The notes beneath the pieces were generated by a model. The model was not told the origin of the DNA. It saw nothing but the letters and a program-made list of their open reading frames with translations, and did not search any database. Shown in pieces: positions 1 through 12,790 of a DNA stretch of 64,000 nt; positions within the stretch are counted from its first letter, which is position 1; each line of letters starts with the position of its first letter. The translations under genes were made by a program, and so were the position numbers. Source of the stretch: Octopus sinensis (taxonomy: Eukaryota); contig NC_043014.1 of NCBI RefSeq assembly GCF_006345805.1, forward strand, positions 25,730,001-25,794,000, in the 5' to 3' direction.

Positions 1-760
1 AGCAAAAACTAAGGCCCAGTCAACCTTGATCAGAGACCTCCTCTTAGCAGATGATGCAGCACTGGTTGCTCACAGTGTGTCAGCTTTTCCTATCCTGACA
101 TTCATTGGAATGTCAGGATAGGAAAAGCTACTACAACCTTTGGTTAACTTAGCAGAAGAGCATGGGATAACAAGATGCTCACAGTAAAAACCAAAATAAG
201 GGTTTATGGAGCATACATACTGAGCACCCTCCTATGTGGATCACAGACTGTACACTATACGCTGGACAAGAGAAGAGACTCAATGTCTTTCGTCAGAGAT
301 GCCTGTGATCCTTGGCATCACCTGGCAAGACATAGTAACCAACACAGAAGTCTTGAAACAGGCAGCACTTCTGAGCATGGTAGCTATTCTGTGCCAAAGG
401 AGACTAAGATGGCTGGACATGTGAAGAAAATGGATACAACAGAATTCCCAAACAGTTGGTATATGGTGAATTGGCTCAGGGTAGCAGATCCAGATGATGA
501 CCAAAGCTAAGATTTTAGGAGAAATGTAAGGGCAGTCTCACCAAATACCACATTGATGCAAAGACTTGGGGACAGAACAGCATGGAAAACCTCAGTGTGC
601 AAAGGAGCCAAACAGCTTGAGGAAGAAAACATTCTGGCCCTCAAAGCAAAATGCCAAAAAAAAAGGAAAGACAACACAACTTTGCTTGCAGATTTTGCAG
701 CAGAACTTGCTCATCAAACATAGGAAGGAGCAGCTGCAGGAAGAAAATTGAGTACTTAAG
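1..760 (+). mobile_element. Decayed RTE-clade (BovB-like) LINE, reverse transcriptase C-terminal fragment
   Basis: Translates to AKTKAQSTLIRDLLLADDAALVAHS (YADD-like motif), NVRIGKATTTFG and KTKIRVYGAYILSTLLCGS, typical RTE RT and downstream motifs; frameshifted. Ends approximate. Confidence 0.75.
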
Positions 761-789
761 ATATTCTCCACTGCTTAGACAGTGTTGTG

Positions 790-1115
790 GCAGCAGATGT
801 CAATGATGAATACCTCAACGAAATCATTGAACTTCAGTAGAGCCGGCTTCAACAGCAACTCTTCAGAACAGCAAAATTCTCAATGTTTTGGTGTCACCAA
901 ATTGTGCCATACCCTCTTATTGCTAAGAAAGTCCTTGAGATACATCATTTGTTACAACGTATATTTGTGAGCAATCCTTTTCAAGGATGGTAGACATGCA
1001 AACTAAGAAAAAGAATAGACTTCGTTGTGAAAATGATATGAGAGTGGCACTTGCCATGGTGAAGCCATGCATTTCTGAACTTGTATCTGAAAGGCAACAG
1101 CAAAAGTCACATTTA
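790..1115 (+). mobile_element. hAT (Buster/Charlie-like) transposase C-terminal remnant
   Basis: Frameshifted translation WCHQIVPYPLIAKKVLE..FVTTYICEQSFSRMVDMQTKKKNRLRCENDMRVAL resembles the hAT dimerization domain. Confidence 0.7.
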
Positions 1116-1329
1116 TTTGTTGTAAATATTCATTGAGTTATGCTTTAGTGTGAAATTCATGTTTTGTTGCTTTTGTTCTTTGAACACAGTGATTTTGTGT
1201 GCGACTGATGCATGGTTCATTTTGTGCACTAATAAAATATATACCTGTGTTTTAAAGAAATCAGATTTTATTTTTCCATTTACAAAGGGTTCGGTGAATG
1301 TACTGATGAAGCTTGCAGGGTTCAGTACC

Positions 1330-2790
1330 TCCATTAAGGTTAAGAGCCACTTGTCTAATTCTTCACCATGTTTTATCATAGCAAAAGGTACCATTCTTTT
1401 TGGTTTTAACACTGGTATTGCGTTTTCCTTAATTTGGAAACGTGTGTTGGTCTTAACACACAAACCTAATTTATCCAACAACATTTCAGGAAAAGCATTT
1501 TTTAATTTTGTCTTCAATTCATCTGATGCCTTATTCTTCCTGGCGGAACAATCATTTATATTTTTACAGAACAGATTTATGGGAAGGTCCCATCCCATAA
1601 ATCAAACAACTCGATCCAGTCAGTACCGAACAAGTTTGTTGCATCTTTTAACACAGACACTTTTGTTTTACAGGTTTTACCATGAAACGTAATGTCACTT
1701 ACCATTTCACCTAAGAAGTGTAATCTTTCACTTGTGACACCTCGTGCACTTTTCGATGTTTTCTTTAATGTAGGTTTCCCAATTTCACATGTTAGTATCA
1801 ATAATTGTAATGTTGCTACATGTATCTAGTTGTAGTTTCACGTTCGCGTCATTTATTTTTACTTACACATACTTTCTTTTTTGGGTGTCATCACAACTAT
1901 CTGTAGAGCACACCTTTTTAGAATTTTTATTTTCCTGACCTTTTTTGCTTATCTTTGCAGTGCAAGCTTTTATGTCCTATTTTTTGACAACTAAAACATT
2001 TCCGAATTTTAAATGGACAGTCTTTCTTAAAATGCAGACCTCCATACCCATAGCATGGATTAGGTCGTAACATACTTTTTTCTTTATTTATTCCCAGTTG
2101 ACATGTCTGTACTTGACAGAAGTTTTTTCTTATTTTCTTTACATCCTGTTGCAGGTTGATAATTCTTTGGCATTCCTCTGCTACTGTCTGCAGGGTTAAA
2201 TTCTGGCCCTCCTCTTCTAGTTTTGTAAAAATCCATGCATTTATTTCTGCATCTTTGTTGTCAAACCTTGCACAAGGATGAAGCATTTAACATGTCCAGA
2301 GATAATTCCTTCAGTTTAAATTTTTCACACATTTTATTTACAATTCTGGCATAACTGACAAAATCTTCGTCCTCTTTTACTAATTTCAAACATTCCTAGC
2401 GAGTGTTAAACAGGGAACTCTATCACTGAACATTTTGGATAGCAATTCAATTGTTTCCTCAAATTCACTTGTTTTTTTAGGCAAGATAAAATTGCAGTAT
2501 TTTTCATATTCCGAAAGACCTAGTTTCAGTAACAGTAGTCTCGCTTTTTCATCATCTGTCCAATACTTGCATTCTTCCTTGAAGATTTCTTCATATCTTC
2601 TGAAGTACACCAAAAAAGTTATACCCTCTTCTGGGTTATAACTAAATTCAGTTATAGCACTTACTACACTGTCTGGCAAAAACAAACTTGTAGTGCTTCC
2701 CAACTTCAACATCAGTTCCTGCAACTGATTGTGTTATAGTTGTTGGTGCAACTGCTGTTGCTTTTGCAACTGTAATATGTCAGCTAATAA
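1330..2790 (-). mobile_element. Ty3/Gypsy LTR retrotransposon remnant (gag, zinc knuckle, protease region, start of RT)
   Basis: ORF 2386-2724 is gag-like (FRRYEEIFKEEC..KARLLLLKLG); ORF 1927-2286 has a CCHC knuckle (CFSCQKIGHKSLHC); ORF 1113-1598 has FQIKENAIPVLKPKRMVPFA. No LTRs recognised. Confidence 0.75.
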
Positions 2791-2817
2791 GTCTTCCATA
2801 ATTAATGAGTTTCTTCA

Positions 2818-3400
2818 TCACCATCATCATCGTTTAACGTCCGCTTTCTATACTAGCATGGGTTGGATGATTTGACTGAGGTCTGGCGAACCAGATGGCT
2901 GCACCAGACTCCAATCTGATCTGGCAGATTGGAGTTTCTACTGCTTGATGTCCTTCCTAATGCCAACCACTCCAAGAGTGTAGTGGGTGATTTTACGTGC
3001 CACTGGCACGAGGGCCAGTCAGGCAGTACTGGCAATGGCCACACTCAGGTGGTGCTTTTTATGTGCCTCCTGCACAGGAGCTAGTCCAGCGGCACTGGCA
3101 ACAGCCTCGCTTCGAATGTTTTTCACGTGCCACCAGCACAGATGCTAGTAAGGCGATGCAGGTAACGATCACACATCGGCATGGAGGCCAGCTTGTTGCT
3201 TTGGCAACAATCTCACTCGTATAGTACTCTTAGCGCTCCACTAGCACTGGTGCCAGTCATCGAATTTGATTTTGATTCCAATTCACTTGCCTCAACAAGT
3301 CTTCGCAAGCAGAGTTTAGTGTCCAATGGAGGAAAGGCACGCATAAGTGGACTGGTTACAAAAATCATCAATGACCAATGTAAGCTTCAAATCACTCATC
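2818..3400 (-). mobile_element. 5'-truncated RTE 3' UTR fragment
   Basis: catcatcatcgtttaacgtccg is the reverse complement of the (GAT)n-tailed 3' end of the long RTE copies at 9186-12790 and 30700-32452. Confidence 0.85.
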
Positions 3401-3899
3401 GCCACTTTTATAACGTGGTTTCTGTATATGTCATCTTAGTGTTTTACACTAATGCAGTGAGATATATAGTACCACGGAACAAGGTAGACACCAACCGTCT
3501 CCACTTGATGTTTTCCCAAATATTCTGCCAACAACTATAACCAATCCAAATCAACTCTCAACAGATTATAACAACTTCTCAACAATTTCCTGTGACTCCA
3601 CAATCTCGCAAATGACCTCTTTCGACTTCCTGTAATTTCTCATCTCTTGCTCTCTGTCTAACACGCTGCTACTTATACAAGTTCATTCTCACAGGGGGTG
3701 TCATGATTTTTGCCATAACACTCACCAAAGGAGATCTTGTCTCCACTAATGAAGAAATGCAATCTACAGGAGTATACGACCCCTGTCATTATTTAGGCCA
3801 AAATGACAAGATTTACTAATTGTACTAGGGTGCAAGCCCCCTCCAGTTGGAGCTTAAAAGGCTCAGATTTTCCAAGTTATATGGAAATTACATGAATAT

Positions 3900-5430
3900 T
3901 CTAGAAGTAGTTAATCACAAAATAGTGCAAAAAGATGAGAAAGAGTGCACCCAATTGGGAAAATGTCAGCTAATCACAACATCAGCATGGCAAAATGAGA
4001 GCAATATTGCATGTGGTGGTGTAGGAATCTTCCTTGATAAGAATGCTAAAATAGCACTCGGCAGCATCATGTGTCAGTAACAGAATTTTGGCTGCAAACT
4101 TAGGTGGAAACCCTGCTATGTCCCAGTTGAAGACTTACATAATGCAGAACACTACAACAGTTACTGTTTAATACCACCTCTCAATATGAATTTCTTGCTT
4201 GATGATTGTAACGCACACATAATAACAAAAGACAGTGCTTTCACATTTCGTAAACATACAAACAAGTGGCTACATATTCCTTGATCTTGCATTAGAAACC
4301 AATAAGGTTATTACAAATACTTGGTTCTAAAAGAAATAGAGCAAGCTATGGACTTGTGTCTCAGACATGAATGGAAAAAGTTGCAAGTTGATTACATCTT
4401 GATCAACCAAAAGTGGAGGAATTACACAGGGAAAGCAGCAAAGTTGGGCATCATCATAGGAAACAGTAAGGCAGAATGTGTCCAAAAGTGGTATCAACAC
4501 TTTGGTCAATTGCTTAAAAAGTCTACTCTTGTAAGCAATAAAGATGAGATTCAACCTATTTTCAACAATCTCACATATAAAACCAGACCCTTTGATCTGG
4601 AAGAACTTCAGAGTGTCAAGAATAAACTTAGGAGGGAAAAGATGCTGGCCCTGATGGAATTCCCCCTGAAGTTATCAAGAGATGCAATCTGGATTAAATA
4701 ATATTAGATTTTGTGAATAAGTTCTTGCAGAACCAAGAAAGTCTAGATCAATAATCTAAGATTGACTTGATACCAATCCCAAAGTCAGGAAACCTCAGCA
4801 ATGAAACTAACTACAGAGGAATTACATTGTCCAATATCTCACTCAAAGTCATCAACTGAATGATCCTCAACAAGATTCAACAGATACTTGATAGCCATCA
4901 GAGACCAAATTAAAATGTATTTAGACCAGGGAGATTCACAATGTCTCAGATGTTAGCCCTGAGGCATATCATAGGAGTTAAATCAATGCAGCTACCTGCC
5001 ATTATAACCTTTGTAGACTTCAGCAAAGTGTTTGATAACATCCATTGTTACAAAATATTGAAGATCTTTCAGGCATATGGCATTCCAGATGAACTAGTTT
5101 TTGCCATTGTAAAGAACTACAGGAAGACCAGAGATCATGTATTGTCACCTAAAGGGAAATGGAATTCTTTCAAATACTAGCTGGGATGCTACAAGGAGAT
5201 ACATTTGCAATTGTATTGGATTATGCTATACAGCAAGCTGTAGACAATAGTGATGAAGACCTTGGTCTCGTCATACACCAGCAAAGATCATGGAGAGTAC
5301 CAGCAGTAACCATCACAGACCTGGACTTCACAGCTGAAATAGATTAAGCGCAACAGTTACTCAGCAGGGTAGATCAGCTGCTAAAATTGGACTGCACACA
5401 AATGTCAAGAAAACGGAATACGTCTTTCAA
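3900..5430 (+). mobile_element. Degraded RTE-clade LINE of a different family, APE and RT fragments
   Basis: GGVGIFLDK (APE), VDYILIN, FVDFSKVFDNIH, GMLQGDTF and DLDF motifs across several broken frames. Confidence 0.75.
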
Positions 5431-5489
5431 TCAATCAAGTGATAATGAACTATTTGTTTTGGCGGTTCTAAATTGAATGTTACTGAAGA

Positions 5490-5581
5490 CATCAAGTATG
5501 TGTGTGTGAGTGTATTTATATATGTATATATATAAATATATGCATGTGCCTGTATGTGTGTGTGTATTATATACATCTGTA

Positions 5582-5626
<45 letters not shown>

Positions 5627-5885
5627 GCCTGTGTGTATATGTGTTTGTGTATGTCTATATATGTATATACATAGATACGGATATACAAGCATAGGCTCGT
5701 CAAAATACTCTCATGGAATATAACCAAATGAGGTTTATTTTTCAACATAGTCCCCCTTGTGGTCCTCACACTTCTCTTATCAGTGTTGCAGTGCTTGGAT
5801 CACACTGGTAAAGAAGCCTTCATACATACCATATGTGTATGCATACATGTGTTTATATACGTATATGCAAGTATATGTACATGTA
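5490..5885. repeat. Compound (TG)/(TA) microsatellite region
   Basis: Direct reading of dinucleotide runs. Confidence 0.9.
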
Positions 5886-6085
5886 TCTGTATCACCCCAC
5901 CACTTGACAACCAGTGTTGGTTTGTTTGCATCCCCATAGCTTAGCTGTTTAGCAAAAGACACTGACACAAGTACCTGACTTTAAAAAATAAGTACTGGGG
6001 TTGATTCATTCATCACTAACTTTTTAAGCCAGGATCCCAGCATGGTCAAAGTCCAGTGACTTAACCAAGTAAAAGATAATAAGTC
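5885..6085 (+). mobile_element. SINE 3' half (family of the 32846 copy)
   Basis: cttgacaaccagtgttggt..cttagctgtttagcaaaagac..cccagcatggtc matches the full SINE at 32846-33235. Confidence 0.75.
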
Positions 6086-6619
6086 AATAGTTTATACCTC
6101 AAAGGAAATCTTTCCTTATTTTTAAAGAAAACAAATTAGAGCAGTAAAGAAAGGAATGTGTGTCACAGTGAATGGTAGAGGTTTCATGATTGCTTCAGTC
6201 TTAAATCTCAAATAACAAAGCACTCGAAAACCTCATTTTGATACAAACAGAAATATATTAAAATTTGAATGTGTAAGAAGTTTCTATACATTGTGGTCTT
6301 AGCAAAAATTACACAATTAATAAGCAGTTGATTTAAGCTTCCCATACCAATTGCCTTGAGTAGTTTAAATCACCTTCATACTTTGTCCATGTCTGTGGAC
6401 AATTTTAGTGTTACTTGCATGACTCCAATCTTCTAACACACTTATATTTTCACACACATAAAAATGTGCCCCTCACTCTCTCTCTCTCACACACACACAC
6501 AGTCTTCAGGCTAAATTTTACGGTTTGCATAAATAGAAAAGGAAATACAATATTCCATCCTAAAGTAAAAGTATTTTTGAAAAATCAGAAAATATCAACT
6601 TGATTAGGGCTAGGAGATA

Positions 6620-7000
6620 AGTTTGCTCATAGTAGCCACCTTCAATTTAAACCACTTCCTTAAAGTGGCTCTGGAACCTGGTGCATATGTTCCTCACTGT
6701 GTCCCTGAGAAGATCTTAGAACACCTTGATCTTGGCCACCAGCCCAGCCTTGGTGTTGCAGGCAGAGTGGTTGGTGTCTTTTTCAACTATTCTCAGGGGG
6801 ATTAGGAAGCTAGAAATTGGGGCTGGTGAAGTTGTAGAAGTTCCCCAACAATCACTTCTCAGTCTTTCTGGAGGTATGGCAAGAAGCTGAATCCTGCTGC
6901 TGTACATGTGGCCTTTCAGCAGCTTCACATAGCCATCTGAATCGAGCCTATGACTCTGTTCAAAGATGTGGGGATGAATTCCAACATGTGGATGCAATCA
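6620..7000 (-). mobile_element. Tc1/mariner-superfamily transposase remnant
   Basis: PHIFEQSHRLDSDGYVKLL plus a frameshifted QQDSA-like segment; similar to the remnant at 28040-28760. Confidence 0.5.
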
Positions 7001-7324
7001 GAATACCTGTTGTATCTTTTCCTCTTGGCCATGACTTTGTAGTCTACATTGCAGTTGTTTGTATCACCATATCACATCTTATATCTTTCAGTGTTCAGAG
7101 AGCATTCAGCAGCATGATACAGTTAACTCTTTTCCAATATGCAAATGACTTCCTGTACTCCTTGTCAGCTAACTTTTTCTCAAATACTAATTTAATATTT
7201 ATGCTCTCCAATGGCAATAACTGTTCACCAATATATTGAACTGTTCCTGAAAAAATAGGTGAGATAAAGCGTTGTCAAATTTAGCCTGAACACTATGTGT
7301 GTTTGTACACATGCACACTATATC

Positions 7325-7620
7325 TTATTTCAATCATTGGTCAGCGGCCATACTAGAACTCCACCTTGGAGGGTTTAGTCAAACAAATTAACCCCAGTGT
7401 TTATTTAAGTCTAGTACTTATTCGATCTGCCCCATCTGCTGACTTGGTCAGTTACAGGGGACATAACCAACCAGCACTAGTTGTCAGGTAGTGCTACACA
7501 TTTACATATGCACAACTGGCTTTCGGTTTCCATCTACCAAATCCACTTAAAGCTTTGGCCTGAACTCAAGATCACATGGTTAGGAAGTAAGCTTCTTACC
7601 CATGCTGTCATGTCTGCACC
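7325..7620 (-). mobile_element. SINE (family of the 32846 copy), decayed
   Basis: Reverse complement of head (ggtaagaagcttacttcc), core (gtggatttggtagatggaaac) and tail. Confidence 0.75.
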
Positions 7621-8500
7621 TATATATTGGTTTGGTCAAAAAGTCCCATTAAGTTTTTTTTTTTCTTTTGTCAAGTGAAAATATGACACAAGTTTTAAAC
7701 AGTTACTTATTCGATCAATGATATAATTACCATTTCATTACAGTTTCTTCTGCTATCCTGTGGGCTGATCTGTTATTCCCTGCTCAAAGAATTTCCTGTC
7801 TTCACTGGTGAAAAATTTTTCCAGGTGAATTTTTACATCCTCTTCAGCGTTGGAGTTCTGTCCATTCAATGAATTTTGAGAACAAATCAGGTGGAAATCT
7901 GAAAGTGCAAGGTTGAATATGAAGGATACGGCAAAATTTTCCAGCCAAGACCCAGTTAAATTATGCCACATCTGCGAAGTATGCAGTCTGACATTCTGTA
8001 ATGATAGACAATGCCCTTGCAATTAGCAAGTATTGGATGCTTCTGATGGATCGCTTCATTTAATTTGTCCAGCTGGTCACAATATATATCTGAATTAATG
8101 GTCCTGTCTGTAGGAAGAAACTCATAAAAGACAACACTTCCAATCCCACCAAATTGTAAGCATAACCTTCTTTGGGTGAAAACTTACTTTGAAGGTCATT
8201 TGTGGCGGTTCACCATGCTTTCCCATGATTGTTTGCACTTCACATTTTTACAGATGATTTATTTTTCTGTCCATCAAGATTCTCCTCAAATAAGGCTTAT
8301 TTTCTTCATGTATCTTCAATGAATTACAGATGGAAATTTGTTGAGTAAGGTTAGCTTCATTCAGCTGATGTGGGACTCCAACACTAAACCTACTGGTGTT
8401 ATCGAGGCAGATGGTTTTCATCACTCAATTTGGATATTCGGAGAATATCTGCAATCATCCTGGTCCTGTAATGAGGGTTGGTGTTGACTAACTCTTTCAT
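7620..8500 (-). mobile_element. Mariner transposon remnant
   Basis: ORF 7753-8022 LALSDFHLICSQNSLNG..EEDVKIHLEKFFTSEDRKFFEQGI is the C-terminus of a mariner transposase; tattggtttggtcaaaaagt at about 7624 is TIR-like. Confidence 0.75.
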
Positions 8501-8514
8501 TTTGTTGCTATTAA

Positions 8515-8807
8515 CCCTTTCATTACCGTATTTATTTTGAGATGTTCTGTGTTTCTTTCTATTATTTTATATGTAACAAAGAATTTAATAAAATAACTTG
8601 GTTATCATTAAGCTAGTGTTAGGAACATAAATTGTGACTAAGGTTTGGTGGAAGATTTTAATTCAAAACTTATGAAAACAAAACATTTGTACTACAGAGC
8701 CAGTGGAGCATGCTAGCTTTGTTTCTTTCAAATCTTCACATCCCCTCTACATTCACAGCCCACGAAACACTACAGAGCCGGTTTCAGTCGGGTTGGTAAT
8801 GAAAAGG
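8515..8807. mobile_element. piggyBac-type MITE
   Basis: TTAA at 8511-8514 and 8808-8811 flank 13-bp TIRs CCCTTTCATTACC / GGTAATGAAAAGG (1 mismatch). Confidence 0.7.
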
Positions 8808-9185
8808 TTAATCTCAGTTGACTGGCACTAGCTTGGTGCATCATGAATGGAAAAATTTCCTGATCAAAATCTTGAAAATCACTTCTGGCTTACATATTCT
8901 GTAACAGCATCCTTGCCATACACAACATGTCTTCTTACAGTTTTTCTGCCACTTACTTGCCTTATTGTAAAATAAAACATGAGGTGTCGATAATGTTTGT
9001 TTCAACTCTCATTTTCAATATGATCCCAAGCACACAAAATACATTTCTCATTACAAGCTTGCTTTGATCTATATTGTATTTAATATGTTCATATAGACAA
9101 AGAACAGGCTGAAGTTAGCTACTTTATATTAAAGTGCTTGAAGTTAAATGCTGACGAAAAACTAATGAACTTTTTTACTAACCAT

Positions 9186-12100
9186 ATCTTCATCGTTTAG
9201 CATCCGCTTTCCATGCTAGCATGGGTTGGACGGTTCAACTGGGGCCTGGGAAGCCAGAAGGCTGCACCAGGCCCAATCTGATCTGGCAATGTTTCTACGG
9301 CTGGATGCCCTTCCTAACACCAACCACTCTGTGAGTGTAGTGCGTGCTTTTTACGTCCCACTGGCACAGGTACCAGACAAGGCTGGCAAACGGCCATGAT
9401 CAGATGGTGCTTTTTACATGCCACCGGCACGGAGGCCAGGCGAGGCTAGCAACGACCACAATTGGATGGTGCTTTTTATGTGCCACCGGCATAGAGGACA
9501 GTCAGGGTGGTGCTGGCAACGGCCATGTTCGGATGGTTCTCTTATGTGCCACCGGCACTGGTATCACAGCTACAATTTCCATTGATGTTGATCGATTTTG
9601 ATTTTGATTTTCACTTGCCTCAACAGTTCTTCACAAGTAGAGTTTTGTGTCCCAAAAAGGAAAGGTATGCATAAGTGGACTGGCTACATCCCAGGTAGAG
9701 GCCACAGATTATGGTCTCACTTGTCCTGCCGGGTCTTCTCATGTACAGCATACTTCCAAAGGTCTTGGTCTCTAGTCATTTCCTCGGTGAAACCTAAAGT
9801 TCGAAGGTCATGCTTCACCACCACGTCCCAGGTTTTCCTGGGTCTACCTCTTCCACAGGTTCCCTCAACTGCTAGGGTGTGGCACTTTTTCACACAACTA
9901 TCTTCATCCATTCTCGCCACATGACCATACCAGCGCAAACGTCTCTCTCTGCATACCACAACTGATGTTTCTTAGGTCCAACTTTTCTCTCAGGGTACTT
10001 ACACTCTGTCGAGTATGAACACTGACGTTACACATCCATCGGAGCATACTGGCTTCATTTCTTGCGAGCTTACGCATGTCCTCAGCAGTCACGGCCCATG
10101 TATCACTGCCATGTAGCATGGCTGTTCGTACACATACGTCATACAGTCTGCCTTTTACTCTGAGCAAGAGGCCTTTTGTCACCAGCAGAGGTAAGAGCTC
10201 TCTGAACTTTGCCCAGGCTATTCTTACTCTAGCAGTTACACTTTCAACACACCCGCCCCCACCACTGACTTGGTCACCTAGATAACGGAAGCTATCAACT
10301 ATTTCTAGTTTTTCTCCCTGGAATGTGGCGGAAGTTGGTCTCTTTGCATTTTCAGTGTTTATTGCTCCTGAGCATCTGCCACATACAAAAACTATCTTCC
10401 TAGTTAGCCTTCCTTTGACTTTGCTGCACCTCTTATGTGTCCATAGCTTACACTTGGTGCATCTTATAGAGTTTCTACCTATGCCTTTTCTACAGATCGA
10501 GCAGGGCCATCTACCTGAAGGCGTTTGTGACTTGTCTACCTTCCTACTTATTAGGACTTTAGTTTTAGCTAGGTTTTACTCTAAGGCCCTTTGATTCTAA
10601 TCCTTGCTTCCACACCTGAAACTTCTCCTCCAGTTCTGATAGTAACTCAGCAATTAAAGCAAGGTCATCAGCGTAGAGGAGCTCCCAGGGGCATCTTGTC
10701 TTGAATTCCTCCGTTATTGCCTGGAGGACTATGATAAATAGGAGGGGGCTGATGACTGAACCTTGGTGGACCCCTACCTCTACCCAGAATTCTTCACTGT
10801 ACTTGTTGCCAACCTTCACCTTACTAGCGGCGTCCCTGTACATGGCTCGCACAACTCTCACTAACCATTCATCTATCCCTAGTTTCCTCATTGACCACCA
10901 GATAAGTGATCGGGGGACCCTGTCGAAGGCTTTCTCCATGTCAACGAAAGCCAGGTACAGGGGCTTATCTTTGGCTAGGTATTTCTCCTGCAGCTGTCTT
11001 ACCAAGAATATGGTATCAGTGGTACTTTTCCCTGGCACGAACCCAAACTGCATCTCAACTAAACTAACTCTCTCTAATTAGTTGGGCTATGACCCTCTCC
11101 GTAACCTTCATTACCTGATCCCACAGCTTGATACCTCTAATTATTTGTATCTAGGGCGTCACTTTTACCTTTGTAGCAGTTGACTATTATGCTGCTACAC
11201 CAGTCATTGGGTATGACTCCTTCGATATCACCTGGTTAACTATAGCCGACACTACCAGATATTTTGAGCATCTCTGCAGTTATTCCTGATGGGCCTGGGA
11301 CTTTCCCTGTCTTCATGCTTCTAATTGCCTTAACTACCAAGGAACTGTCAGCTCGGATAGCTGGTCCCTCTGTTTGGTCGACATTCAGCAGACTCTCTTT
11401 ATCCCATTCATTTTCCTTATTCAGCAACCTTTCATAGTGGCATCTCCAAACCTCTCTCTTTGCATCCTCATTTAGCGCAAGTGAACCATCATCCATGCGA
11501 ACACATTTCTCTCCTACTACATCACGATTCTCTCTCACACAGTCTTGCAACACGAAATACCTCAAGTCTTTGGTCCTCACGGCACAGAACATTGGCAAAT
11601 TTCTTCTTATCTGCTTCCCTTCTGGCTAGCTGTCTCCCAGCTTCTCTTTTGGCAGTCTGATACAATTCCCTGCTACCACCATTCTTCCAGTCCTTCCAAG
11701 CCTGTCTCTTTTCTCTAATAGCCCTGTCTACAACATTGTTCCACCACCACGTTATTTTAGGTCGAGAGGGGACTTTGCACCAACCACAGATCTGGTCAGT
11801 GGCTCTCAGCAGGTTGTCCCTTAGAGACCTCCAGTTGTCTTCTACCCCATGTGAAGCTATATCCCCTTCTACTTCGTCAAAAGCTTCAAGTAATATGTTC
11901 CTAAATCTCTGTCCATTCGCAGGATCTTTAAGCTTCCAGATCCTACTTCTCCATGTTGGTCATCCTCTTAGTCCTGATCCTAAAGTCACTAACTACCAGT
12001 CTATGTTGTGGGGTACATTCTTCGCCTGGGAAGGTTTTGGCATTTATAAGCAGCCATCTTTCCCTTTTCCTGGCAAGGATGTAGTCAATTTGGCTAGTAT

Positions 12101-12790
12101 GGCAGCTCGATCGGTAGGTGACTAGGTGGCTGGTAGGTTTCCTGAAGTTAGTGTTGCAAACCATAAGATCATTTGCATCGCAGAACTCCAGCAGCCTGGT
12201 TCCCTCCTTGTTGCGGGAACCATAACCATAGCCTCCATGTACACCATGGAAGCCCCCAGCATGTTGTCCAACATGCCCATTGAAGTCACCAGCCACAAAG
12301 AGAAGGTCTCTGTCGTTCGTCAACGAGGTAGTCTGCAGTAGGGTGTCATAGAATCGGTCTTTCTGTCCATCGGGTAGCCCCGGCTGAGGGGCATAGGCCG
12401 ATATAATGGTTGCTAATCCATGATGAAGCACTAATCTAATCTTAAGTATTCTGTCACATACTCTGATTACCTTATCTACCCATTTTTCAGCGAGAAGTAT
12501 ACCCACGCCTCAGCCCCATTAGTGCTCCCTGCCCAGAAAATCTTGTACCTGTGTCCTTTGCCTGTGAGGAACCTAGCAGAACCTCCTCTCCACCTTACTT
12601 CTTGGATGCAGCACATATCGACACCTCTCCGTTCAAGCATCTCAACAATCTCACCAGACCTACCTTTCAGTGTGCCAACCCTGAGGGTGTGGGAGTTATG
12701 GGCCCTAGAGACCCGGGGACGGGGGACAGTGGCATCATGTACCTGAAAAGAGAGCTCGCATTTGGCAGAATTCATAAGCAAACAATGATC
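9186..12790 (-). mobile_element. Near full-length RTE LINE (APE endonuclease + RT + 3' UTR), frameshifted
   Basis: ORFs 12476-12781 and 11943-12506 (APE: VGTLKGR, CIQEVRW, AGDFNGHVG, SQIDYIL); 10565-11053 (RT: FVDMEKAFDRVP, GVHQGSVISP, LLYADDL); 9717-10182 C-terminal domain; (GAT)n tail at about 9186. Confidence 0.95.

Noticed and set aside
1150-1692. Long antisense ORFs (also 57265-57765, 62848-63144, 10701-11081)
   Set aside because: Shadows of TE coding sequence on the opposite strand.
9340-9560. CRISPR-like repeat-spacer array
   Set aside because: Eukaryotic context, no cas genes, the spacers are related to one another, and the array is part of the RTE 3' UTR.
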